In this document: piece after piece, positions 51,246-63,812 of the stretch
Layout of the letters: each line of letters opens with the position of its first letter
Numbering within the stretch: position 1 is the stretch's first letter
Assembly (NCBI GenBank): GCA_021613535.1
Contig: CP075494.1
Coordinates: 1,798,001 to 1,862,000, forward strand
Direction of reading: 5' to 3'
Length of the DNA stretch: 64,000 nucleotides
Origin: Adineta vaga
Taxonomy: Eukaryota; Animalia; Rotifera
Position numbers and translations under genes: made by a program
The notes under the pieces: generated by a model
Told to the model about the DNA's origin: nothing
Database searches by the model: none
What the model saw: only the letters and a program-made list of their open reading frames with translations

Positions 51246-52284
51246 CTAAATAGAAACATTTGAATGTATTCATTCTAGGAAAAATATATCTGGATGAACT
51301 CCCAAGATTCTCTGATCATGTATGAAATATTTTAGATCTTGTAAAAAGTGTTACAATTCTTTCAAGAAGTTGTTCATGAGGAGGTACGACAGTAAGCCTT
51401 AAACTTTTTCCTAAAGAATCGCACGCGTGAATAAAGAATAAATTAGATTTGCGTTTTCTATCTGTTGTTACAGGATTTATACAAACTAATGCACTTTCGA
51501 TTATATACAGTGGCTTTCTTTAATAGTTTTAAATTACCATAAAATCTATCTCAATCGTCCAAGTCTTAAAAAAGCAATCAAAATTCTTTCGAAGTATCTT
51601 AAGGGCCCCCTCACCCTATGGTATACATTTTTGGATTTTGGTTGCTCTGGCTGTTTTGAACCTTCAGATTATACAGTGCTGCTGAATTTTTTATCAGATA
51701 TTTACCATATGTCGGGCATCTTGCACTATAAATTTCAGCCCTTCCTATTCAGTCTAGCTTGAGATACAGTGGCAACAGATAACCTCACTGTATTTGCCAA
51801 ATTTCTCCGTCGTTCGGAATGTTGAAGAATTCGGACTGGTCTCAAAATGTAGCCCTGAGCTTGCGCTACAATCCTACAGACTCCAATCTTTCTCGTCATG
51901 TTCTTTTTTATTTCAACTCAATCCCATCTAATAAAAAAAATAGTCAACGGTAGTAAAAAACGAGTTATTTTCTCAGTTTTTACTAGATAGAATTGAGTTG
52001 AAATAAAAAAGAACATGACGAGAAAGATTGGAGTCTGTAGGATTGTGCTTCAGCCGACCTGAACTCAACATATGACGATGGAATCTGTTGCCATATCTCA
52101 AAACTGAATAGGAATGAAAAAGCTATATCTGATAAATAAATAAGCTATAAAAATAAACATTTCGCTAATATAGAAATAAAAATCAAAATCAATAAGAGAC
52201 TTTATGAGTTGTCTAGTTATAATTATAATATAGACGGACATTCAACAGTCATATATGACTTATAAAATAAATAGATATTAATAC

Positions 52285-53065
52285 TAGGAATAGATTTAGA
52301 TATACATATACATAGGTACCCATGTTAGTTTTAGGAATAGATAGGAATATATTTAGATTTGGATTTGGATGTTTTCATACATTTAACTTTTAACTACATA
52401 TATTAATCTAACTGTGATGATATGCTTAACTATAATTATAAAACAAATGAATACTTGAATGAAAGGGTTCATTTAGAAAATAAAGGTATAAGTTTTTGTA
52501 CTTTTACATAAAAAAGAAAACAGAAAATTTTTATATCGTTTATAATTTTATCAATGACCCATATTTCATGTACAGCTTTCTACAAAAACAAAATAAAAAG
52601 CTTCTATATCATTCATACATTTATAAATGACCATTTTTTCCGCTCGTCTAGTATAGATAAGGAAAAACCTAAACTAGCAAATAATGAAACACAAATAGAC
52701 AGCTTGTGATACATTTTATACTTTTTGGAGCGCTATTCAATGCTTTACGTGGTGACTACATGCGCTCTACCAAAGTGAAGTGATAAACACATATGTGCTG
52801 AAGAGCGTCAATGACTCAATTTTCAAGAGGAGACATATCTGAAAAATAGAATTCGTCAATAACTAGCATTTTTTGCTCTACCTCAAGATAATTCGAATGG
52901 AATCTCTTTATTTTTTGACATTCTTGGTCGTTGATAATCAGCTGTGCTAGCTCTAACTTCTAGGGTCTCATTCAACGTGGTTGTCTCCTCATATAATCTA
53001 AACCTAAATCTATTCCTACAACTAACATGGGTAGGTATGTATATGTATATCTAAATCTATTCCTA
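52285..53065. mobile_element. Old MITE-like element with about 55-bp inverted repeats
   Basis: TAGGAATAGATTTAGATATACATATACATA..CCCATGTTAGTT is mirrored at about 53009-53065. Another inverted pair lies at about 51869-51921 / 51991-52044. Confidence 0.55.
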
Positions 53066-53758
53066 TCTAGTTCTATAGATGTATAGGAATATAGAGATTT
53101 CTGCATTTATATTATAAGTCGAATTAGGCAGCTACTCGGTTGATAAATGCGAAAAAAAAGAACTTGCTCTCGCTTTCATAGGATGTCTGGAGATAGTCGA
53201 GTAAAACAATATATTTTGTTTTTCTATCTTAATATCGTGACAATAAAAGAAAACATATTTTAGATCCGATAACAGTGATAAGAACAAGAGAAGAGAATGG
53301 TTGATTTATGATAAATAAAGTAGATAGTTTTTTTGGTCTGACGTAGAATGAAATGTGAAGTTTGATAATCGAAGTTCTAAGTGGAACCTAAGTAGAGCGA
53401 TGTCATCAATTGTTTTGCAAAGCGAATTTTTCCTTTAGAAAACAGCTTTGTAATGAAAAAGCTCTTTGCACATTTAAAAGTTCGCTGTGTCTTTATGTCG
53501 TGTTCGATCTACATACAACAGATTCGACATTTAAAACTGATGGATATCGCCCATGAGACAAGACTAGACTTTTTATCGAATAATTACAATTCGATTTTTA
53601 TGTGTGACACTTTATCTAGTTTTTTCATAGTTTATGGCTGTTTTGTTGGACCAGAGCAACATTTGTTGCATATGTGAGTGATTTGTGAGCGGTGAAAAGT
53701 ATCTCTGGGGAAGATTTGAGTTCTGCAAAAATCTGTCGATCACTGTTTGTTCTCTTAC

Positions 53759-54148
53759 TTGTTATTGGTGGGCAGGTTCGCTGATCAAGCATTGACGCAG
53801 GATAACAAATAGGAAGATCATGACATCGAGGATGGCGAACACAGATAGTAGCAGGCTGATCGCATGCATTGGTTGAAGAGTTGCATGGCACAAGCCGCGA
53901 ACAAGTTACCCAGAGGAAGCCACAGATACCAGTATTATCAGCACCTACCATATGAAAACAGCCACAGGCATGATTCGTTGAGCATCGATCATATTGGGGA
54001 ATCTCATGACATGTTTGCGATTTCACTTGAACTATCAATGAAAGAAATCAATAGCTGAACATCTAAGACGAAACGAGAAGCAAACCTGTGACGCTAAAAT
54101 AGAAGAACACTGAGTATTAGAAGATTGAAAGGTAAAAATCATTGTCAT
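53759..54148 (-). CDS. Cys-rich secreted N-terminal module (signal exon possibly frameshifted)
   Basis: Exon about 54032-53759 encodes CHE..CSTNHACGC..ICGFLWVTCSRLVPC..CDQPATICVRHPRCHDLPICYP..CPP and ends at a GTAAG donor (phase 1). The upstream exon resembles a signal peptide only with T-run indels. Confidence 0.6.
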
Positions 54149-57100
54149 TTACCTTAGAAGAATAAAAATGAAATAACGAATCATTACTCTAATCATGGCT
54201 TGTATTGAAATGAGGCAGTATCGTAAGGATGCTTCTTTTTTATGTCTGGTATTCAGATGGCATTGTAAGCTGCATTTCTCCAAATCGAAAACAGCACAGT
54301 CTAATGCTTTGATAATTGGAAACTCGATATTGGTCTTATTGTTTTTAACGTACGTATATCAGTCCGCGAGAAATATAATTTTCACGGAATAAAACAGACA
54401 AATGAGCACGTGATGCGCGCAAGACTAAAGCTTTTTTTATTATCGTTCTAAAATAGAGTTTTCTGTTACCTTAATTCTTAAATCGTCAAATTAACGGTAG
54501 ATGAAAGATTCGCGTCACCGCATCTTGAGAGTGTGTATGTGTATGTGTGGGTGTGACGGTGAGGCTCTTTTGTTGAGTGACACCCACACCCACACCCGCC
54601 CTCAAGATGGGTTGTGATCGTTGGATTATTAATCTTAAGAATGTCATTGTTCCTAAACGAAATTTTATGTCATTTCTATGGGAGCGTACAGATATCAAAG
54701 CTAAAAAGTCGAAAATATATATTCCGTTCAACTATCATCTACATATGCCAATTAGTCCGCTCGATAATTCTCTTCCTCTAACCAATAATTCTTCATCGCA
54801 AACAGAGAATCACGATAATCTAACTTATTCACATGATGATTGATATAAACTTAATATTTACAATGTTTAAAAATAGGTTTCTATCGTGACTGGTCAATTC
54901 GTCGCAGAATAAATTAGCTGTAACAAGATTAACAAAATATGCAGATAGAGGGGGAGAGATAAACCTCTCATGAAAATGATTATGTTTGTAAAAAATAAAC
55001 AACTAGCGGGCATACCTGCTGCAAATTAAGATATACTCACATGATAAAACATCGCAAGTTGACAAATGATAGGAAATGTAGTTGTGAATATTCCTAACAC
55101 TGAAACTGTGTCAGATTCCTTCTTTGGATTTAGTTCTACAGAAGTATTTATTAAGATTTTTGACTAATCTGGATTTATTCTCAGAATCACACCCTCACAT
55201 CCACTCACCCTTCAGGTCTGCTGTAAATCTCATTCACACCTTTATCTTACACCCTTACTCTAAGAAAACTGGAATTCTAGAAGACTATTTTGGGTTTTGT
55301 ACCAGTGTACTGAATCTGAATAGCTTCAACAGATCATCGTTTTATTCTTTTTGAGTTTAGTAAACCATCCAGGTCGAAGCGGGTACATCGGATCTTGTCG
55401 GTTCACATGACACATAATCCCTGATCAATCCGATCAATAACCGGTGATAGGAACGTGTCGGATTCTACAAAGATGTAGAAGTTCCGTTGATCGGATTTTC
55501 TTTGTATCGTATGAAACAGATCCGACCGGATCAGCTGCTGGTGCACATCGGAACTAATCAGAAACTCGTGGATATATATAATTGAACTGATTAGCATACT
55601 GTCAAAGAGATAAAATGGTCTGATGTGATTGAAATTTTATTCCGATACATTTTTTGGAACAAAGTTAAATCTAATGATTAACACGTTGATATCTCAATCA
55701 TGTATGTCAAGAATTACTAAATAGAAGTAAGTATGCAAATAGTTGCTGCTTATCGAAATAAATATAGCTTTAACAACTTTCATACAACAAAAAACCTTTC
55801 AAAATATATTTGACTTTTGAGTAATGATAAAAAATAAGCAAATTGGTTTTTTGTTGTGATAATCTTACAAAATTTCTGATAACTGAAATGAACTTCCTAT
55901 TGCTTTATGTAGATAAAGACCACTGTATACTCTATTGAACATTGGACTATGATCACAATAACAAACTGATAAATATAAATGATGGATTTCTTGTTGGTTG
56001 CTAGAAATTGATGGCGGTTGACTAGTCTTAATAATGCATTAAAACTTATTAAGCGCTCATAAAAACAAAGATGAAATTCATCGTTAATCTTAAACAATGA
56101 TATTTAAAATCAAATGAGAAACTTCCTTTTTCGATCAGTTTCGAAGAAATTTCCAATGAGTTGTTATTTAAATATTTGATAATGCTATGATATCTTATGA
56201 CGAGTTGCTTGTGGACACCTATTGTAATTGTGTTGAGGGTGTGGGTAATACACTTCTCTTCAACTACACCCACACCCATCTTTACTTTTTTAAATATATT
56301 AAAATTAATAAATGAAAATGTTTATCGTATTTCTATGAAAACATACGCTTGTATTCATTCAATAAATATTCTTAATATATTATTAACAATGGAAAAAGAA
56401 CGAATAATTTTAAATACATCATCTTTATCATTTTTCTCAATAGTTCATAATTGTTCAGGAATATTAGAACATTATCTTATTGAATATCTTCAACAAATTC
56501 ATATTGAAAATCAAATGGAAAAGATTTTAAAAGAAAAATATTTTATTTCAATTAAAATTATATAAATATTCCAATTTACATTATTCTGTTAATAATGCAA
56601 TAGAAATACTGATAGAAGATCATTACTCATTATTTTTCGAGAAATTTATTATTTATTTCTGTAATAATTTATGTTTAGAATTGATATTTGATGATTATGT
56701 AGATATACTTTAGGATCTTTCAAAATCTAATATCTATTGATAAGGAGAGATTTATAGATGCACTTTGTAAAGGTAGTCAAAAAACAAGCAATATATTATA
56801 TTTAGGTTTATGTTCTTCTTTTAGTGAACTTACAGATGAATTTGTTAAAATATTGATAAATGTTATGGAGAAGAAAATAAAACTGATAGACAAGCATTTG
56901 AATTTTATTTTAGTAAAATCAAAACAATATCAAATGAAAATGTTATAGAAGATTTATTCAAAGAATTTCGATTAATTTTTTTATTTAAAATCGATATTTT
57001 CTATTCGAATTTTAGAATTCTTTGTTTGTTTTGTAGAACAAGATTTCATTTCTATGTTAGAAGTTATAGATCATTTATTGATTGTAACTAATTATAAATT

Positions 57101-59146
57101 CGATGAATATGATAAAACAATATTTAATAATGAAAATGATCCTTTCTTTTGCATTATGAATATCAGAAATTTTAGTTTCCCTAGAGATTGTAATGATGAA
57201 ATTCAATTTTTATCTATGGAAGATATTTCATTAAAGAAGTTCATCATTTATTATTATAATCAAATCTTACATCTGCACTTATCATTTGAATATTATCTGT
57301 GTTTTTTTTAATATACTTTTTTAATGTAGTAATTCATTTATTTTTATGTTTGTTTTATTTATGTTAATTGTAGATTTTAGTCTCATAACTAATCTTCTTT
57401 ATATAGATTGATGAATATAAACAAACTTGAGGATGCGAACTAAAGAGAAATATACACTCACCATTGAGATGATATATTATTAATAAAACGAGAATAATGA
57501 ATCTTATGTAAATAAAGAAGTAAAAATTCTGATTTAAAATTAGTCCTAATACAAAACAAGACTGAGTGGATGTTGGTGTGCGTTAGGAGTTTCAGTGAGG
57601 ATATACGTTTAATGAAAACTCGCACACCCACACCCTACTAGAGATTAATAGTAGGATTCATCAATACGTAATTGATACAAATTTCAAATGTTTGATCATT
57701 TTATCTTTGTTTACGTGATATTAAGCAGTTAATATCGTTTTCAACAAAAGTAGAACTATACGTCGTATCGAATTGAAATATTTCTTCAGAGTGAAGGTTA
57801 GGGTATGACTGAGGATGATTTTGTTCTCATACATACGAACACCCTTTTCAATTTCTAACCGCTTTTTTCCTGATGTATTTTTTTCTTTCAATCAAATAAA
57901 TCTTAGCTTGTGGGAATGCAGTATGATTTGATTGCTTTTCACATCTAAACTACCACTCGTATACTTCAGTAAAAAGAAGCTAATATCATATACGAGAGAT
58001 ATAATAACTTGTTATTTAAATTTGTTTCTGACTAAAAGTGAAATTCTTTTGTTTTTTGTCAAAGTTGAAAGAAATAAACAGTTCAAACCTAATTTTATAG
58101 TACGTTTTAAAACTGTATGACGACTGGAAATTAATTTAATAGTAAATAAATATTGTCTACCAAACATAGAAACCGTAACGTTAAATATTTTAGTATGTTT
58201 CTTTTCTATTATAATTGCATAGTCAATAGAAATTATCATCACCTTGTTATTTTAAACAGTATTTCAAAGAACATAACGAGTAAGAAAATCATATACTCAA
58301 CATTTCATATCTGATAACTACAAGTAAAAAACTGTTTCCTTATATAAATGAATGTTTTTCTCATTAATACTTTTAATTTTCTTCTTTATTTTACTTACAT
58401 ATATATTCCTGTAAGATGATAAAGAGAATGAGTAAGAATATACTTTGATAAATAATCAATTTTTCTGAGTTTATATTTATATAATGATTTAATTGTTGTA
58501 CTAATCAACTCTCCTCAATTTCCAAGCCTATTGTTGTACGTTTAATGACAGAGCTTCTTTTCTTTCTATTCGTAATTATCATACCTAAATTATGATGATA
58601 TCTTCCAATGAATCGATCTTCTACACTTAATCCATATTCAGTCTTTTTTCTGAATAGGTGCGTTCATTTTCCAAGTTTATCGGATATGCATAACAGTGCA
58701 AATAGTAAAATGATTTGGCAAAAAGTTTCTTTTTTAAAATGAGTTTTTTCTTATTAGCATTTTAATGACTATTGCGTATATATTCAAAATGAAAATATTA
58801 AATATATATACTTACATAGATAGAGTTAACTTGGTAAAGTCCATGAAAACTAATATCGTTGCACACACATTTACCAAAAATAATTGCATTTATTCAACTC
58901 ATTATTGTTCAACAATTAGCATGTATTATTTATATAAGTTTCACGCGATTCTTTTGTTTATAGCGCTTATTTGGATCTTTGATTGATACATATTCTGTAT
59001 ACTGTTATGATAGAATTATGTGCGAGAAAAACAGTACTAATCAAATTAACTACATTTGCATAATCATGTCATATTGAAATAACCAAAAAGATAAACTATT
59101 GAGTTAATAAACATACCATATTTTTAATTTATTTCTAGCAGGAAAC

Positions 59147-60307
59147 ATGCTTGGAATTATAAATAAATTTTGGAAAAAATTTAAAAAATATATACAAAAT
59201 TTTAATTTATTCCCATCTCTACCACCATCACTTGATCAAAATCAACTCACAAATGAAATTATATCAACAAGAGTGTTCATTGTTTTATTCATATTATCAT
59301 TAACAATTCTTATTTTATATACATCATTGATAACTATTACAAAAACTGTCACTATTGATTCACCATCTCTTACAACATATTCACAATTATATTCTCAATA
59401 TTCAGAATCGTTAATATGTCCATGTGAAAAAATATCGATTGAATATGTTAAAATGCTTACTATTAATTATACAATACATCAAGTATGTTCAAGTTATTTT
59501 ATTACTGATGAATCGATATATGATTTTCGACCGGAACGCTATAGTTTGATGGCGAATATCGACTTTCGCTACATAGGCTTATGTGCTTTTCAAGGACTGA
59601 AGGAATTTTGTGGTTTAATTAAGGAAACAATTTCTAATAATTTAATTGATTTTTATTCAACTCAGTATATGAGTTCATCTGTCGCTCCGATTGATTTATT
59701 AGAGTCTCAAATTCTTACATTTACTAAACAGTTTGAATGGTCGGCTAAAACAAGATTTGCAGAATCTCTTTTAATCATCCGAAGTACAACTCATAGTAAT
59801 GGTTTAATCATGATCCATCAATCAAATTACTATCTTTTCGTTAGACCTCCTAAGAAACTTGTTCTTCCAGAACCGCAGAGTTACGACTCCTGTCTTTGTG
59901 ATAGTAGAGCTACATGCCACTTAGAAGCTTCTATTTATCGATATCCTACCATAATAGAACAATTTACAGTACCAGGTTTTTATCAAGGATGCGTACCTAT
60001 TGAAGCATTACTTCAATCTACTCTTGAATGTTTCTTTGATGATTCTTGTATTCAACAAATAAAACCTCATCTAGCATCATCTTCAACTATACAAATACAA
60101 TCTCTTAATTCATCCTCATTAACTAACTATCACGAGAATTCAACAATCAATGATATTATTTATATAGTAACTACAATATTTGGATTGATTGGTGGTTTAG
60201 TTACAGTTTTGAAATTAATCATACCACAAATAATTCAATTCATCTTTGATTGCATTCGAAAATGGAAAATGAGAATCATTGTGGTGAGACCGTTCAATGA
60301 CAATTAA
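59147..60307 (+). CDS. Two-TM membrane protein with Cys-rich ectodomain (expanded rotifer family, function unknown)
   Basis: TM after ISTRVFI; CPC..HQVCSS; CLC..C; PGFYQGC..EALLQSTLECFFD..C; C-terminal TM YIVTTIFGLIGGL. Confidence 0.75.
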   Translation: MLGIINKFWKKFKKYIQNFNLFPSLPPSLDQNQLTNEIISTRVFIVLFILSLTILILYTSLITITKTVTIDSPSLTTYSQLYSQYSESLICPCEKISIEYVKMLTINYTIHQVCSSYFITDESIYDFRPERYSLMANIDFRYIGLCAFQGLKEFCGLIKETISNNLIDFYSTQYMSSSVAPIDLLESQILTFTKQFEWSAKTRFAESLLIIRSTTHSNGLIMIHQSNYYLFVRPPKKLVLPEPQSYDSCLCDSRATCHLEASIYRYPTIIEQFTVPGFYQGCVPIEALLQSTLECFFDDSCIQQIKPHLASSSTIQIQSLNSSSLTNYHENSTINDIIYIVTTIFGLIGGLVTVLKLIIPQIIQFIFDCIRKWKMRIIVVRPFNDN

Positions 60308-61000
60308 CTATTTTATAAACAATAATTATATTTTATCTTGAGGATGTATTCTGAAATCGTTTTCTTTTGAAAAAAATATGCCAATTTTCATTACAAATTT
60401 TAGTAATGCTTTTCTGTTTGAATAAAATATGTGGAGATGAGACTTAATCACAACTACATTTAAATGACTAGCATATTTATATGAAACAATGAACACAACA
60501 TTCATTGATAATCTTGAAAATCTCGAATATTATTTGTTTTTAAGAGTGGATTTGAATATTGTATGCATTTCATATTCACACTCACCTTCAATTGTGTTGT
60601 CAATAAATATTAGAATTATGATTTTCGTCTAAATGATATGACTATTTATACTCGTTGAAAAAAATCTTCTACACTGCATCTGTAAATGATCTACTAGAAC
60701 ATTCAAAGAAAAGTTTTCTTATAATAATACTTTGAAATAAATGAAAGAGACTTTATTTCGTAGTTTTTCTAATGTAATCATGCAGATGTTTCTTTTCTAT
60801 TCACATAAAGTTTACTTGTTTTACCCACATTGTTAATTCAGATGCAAGCTTTTTATTTCTATCGTTTCTTTTTAAAAAAATCCAAGAGACTTTCTAACTA
60901 ATTTTTTCTTCTTATGCATACAGGATATGTCATAATGACATATATACGTAAGAGAAACATTAGTTACACTATTTGTTTTAATTTATCTAATAAATAGAAT

Positions 61001-61066
61001 ATCTTGAGGGTGTGGGTGATGGTTTTGGCCTTTTTTTTATCTCACCCACACCCACACCCTCAAGAT
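61001..61066. repeat. Perfect mini telomeric palindrome ATCTTGAGGGTGTGGGTG..CACCCACACCCTCAAGAT
   Basis: 18-bp perfect inverted repeat around a short unique spacer; no TSD. Type example of the dispersed family. Confidence 0.9.
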
Positions 61067-62271
61067 TTGAATAAGAGCTAAAGCTTTCTTTTTGGCGTTC
61101 ATAGTTATATCGAAACTAATCAGAATCCAAGTAGAAAAATTCATTGGCCTGGTCAAAACAAAATGAATAGAAATGAAAGAAATAGTATTCACTCACCTGT
61201 CACTTTTTTCGTTCTATCACTGATGCAAGTTATCTATTAGAAAGAATCGTATAGTTATTCATCATGTAATACAAGAGAAGGAAAAAGGTGAGTAGCGAGT
61301 AAGCGAGTATCATTGCTATTTCTGCCATCCTAATGTTGCTATATAAACAGAAAATAAAATTTGATCTTCACAATATAGTTATGATCAAAGTAATAGCAAA
61401 TTTCGACTCTATATTACCTGAATGGTTGCGTAACATATTTTTCAAATCATAATTCACAAATAAAGGTTACACCAGAATACTGGATATTGTCAAGATTCTA
61501 TTCCGTCTGTTCCTTTTTTTATGTTAAGTCACGTGTCGATAAAGTAGTAACGACGAAAAGAAATACTAAACATACAAAAAATTAATTCACCGTGATATAT
61601 CGTTGATGTGTGCCTATTCGTTCGAAACATATATTTTATATGATAAAAAAAGGAAGAAAACAATAAATATAAATTTGTTGATTATTAAAGAACCATCGAT
61701 TCTAATTGACATTTGAAAAGATAAGTATTTCTTCAAAGTTTTTCTCTAATTTCTGTAATCCATAAATACTTGTAGCAAACGGGCATTGAATCTAGTTGAG
61801 TTTGGAATCGTTAGTTATTCTATCATTTTATAAATGCGATATTTATTTCAGTAAATTTGTATTACAAACGGTCTGAAATAGTTTTATAGAGCATATATTT
61901 AGAGAGAAGTAGTAATGAAATAAAGATTTTTTCTTTCTTCAGTTTAAAAATGATAAGATATATTCGATAGATATTTATTTTTTTCTCGGGGCTATGAAGA
62001 ACAGTAAATAGTGAGAGAATTTTTCCTTTAATTGAAAGATGATAAGATATATTCGATAGATGTGTATTTTTTTTATCCCGGGGACATGAAAGACATTAAA
62101 TAATCGGTGTCAATTTGTGAAATTTTTTTTATGCAGTGTTTATTATCATGAGTAGGAGAGGTTGACTTGATCTGTTTTTTTTTGTCGTCGGACATTTTGG
62201 ATTATTGCTGTATTACTGTTAGATTACACTTCTATTTCAGCCTTTCCTTTTATCGGTAGCAACGATTACAG

Positions 62272-63812
62272 ATGATAAATAATAAACATCCGCAACGTCT
62301 ACCAGATGGTGAAAATTCCGACATAGTAACTACCACAACATTCAAGAATGATAGCAACATTACAGTGGTATGGCTAGATGAAGAAGCCATGCGTTTCGCG
62401 TCACCTAACTCTCAAATTATAATTAACATGTTTCAGAAAATATGCGGCACCAATTACAAACTGTATGATCGTGTGGAATCGTTTCTTTTGGCAGTTGAAA
62501 GTATGACTAAAACGATGAAAATTATAGTTGTAATGTCGGGATCATTTGCCGAGATTATTCTGCCCTAAGTTATCCGCATCTTTGTTACGTGAACTCTTGT
62601 CAATATTTATATTTTGCAAAGACTACGATGGTTATAAGTATTTACTTAAAAAGTGTCGAAAAATAACTGCTATCTGCAGTGATGACGGTTCATTGAAGGA
62701 GGCCATCGAGAATGAATTACAGTCATCGACAGATTTCGTTATCATGGATCAAAATTTAATACCCATATTCAGTTTAAAAGAAGAATATCAACAGTTTTTG
62801 TGGTACAAACTTAATATAGAAGTATTGACCCATTATCCATGGTCGACAGATAATACACAAAGAATGCTCACTGAGTGTATTAAATATTACTGGAAGAATA
62901 ATGCACAGAAGACGAATATTGAACAATTTAAAAATACATACAATCCTGACAACGCCATTGAATGGTATACAAGAGATAGTTTCCTTTATCGGCTCGTGAA
63001 TAAGGCACTTAGATCGCTAGATATGGAAGAAATTAATGTATTTCGACCTTATATCAAAGCTTTGTGTAGACAACTGGAGCAGTTGCACAAACAAAACCAA
63101 TCGGATAAACCATTAACAGTGTTTCGGGGGCATGGAAATATGACAACTTCTCAATTAGATAAAATCAAAGGAAATGTTAATGCTTTGGTATCATTCAACG
63201 GATTTTTGTCGACTTCAACTAATTATAACGTTGCAGTGATGTTTGCTGGGACTACGTCAACAGACGAAGAATCGGTAATATTTGAAATTAAAACGAATTA
63301 TAATTTAACAAATGTTGTATTTGCCGATATTTCACAATTTTTCAATATGCCGATCGAAGATGAAGTTTTATTTAGTCTCTGTTCAGTATTCAAAATCGAT
63401 AGTGCTGAACGTGACGAAGAGAATCAATTGTGGAAAATTTTAATGAGCGCATCAGATGAAGATACGCTAAATCTTTCTGATTACTTTAACAAGAAAGCCA
63501 TGGAAAAGCACCAAAGAACTGAACTTCATGTATGTCCAGAAATAGTTCGTGGAGCGGATGATGAAATCAAGCAGAAAATTGACAATGAAATAGACACGAG
63601 CGTGAGTAACAAAAAAGAAAAAAATTATCTGTTACATTGCATAGATCGAAACATTGAATGCAGAACTATCATTATAGCGTCTGTTGCAATCGTTTTCATA
63701 ATAGTAATCGGCTTAGTTGTCCTTTATGGTCTTTATTTTAAATCAACATATCAAATATCAAGCTCAGATAACTGTGAAAATATGAATTGTACGACAGTTA
63801 GTACAACAACAG
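62272..63812 (+). CDS. Membrane-anchored ADP-ribosyltransferase with N-terminal receiver-like domain; +1 frameshift near 62563; probably continues beyond the window
   Basis: VVWLD..IIVVMSGS N-domain; AIEWYTRDSFLYRLVNKALR; VFRG; FLSTS; EDEVLF (R-S-E); TM IIIASVAIVFIIVIGLVVLYGLYF; GTAATG donor at 63813. Removing one C from CTGCCCTAAG gives LPKLS in frame. Confidence 0.8.

Noticed and set aside
56280-57320. Short AT-rich ORFs, possibly a decayed gene
   Set aside because: No identifiable motif or consistent frame.
61950-62092. Diverged direct repeat of about 50 bp upstream of the ART gene
   Set aside because: Simple local duplication; no evidence of function.
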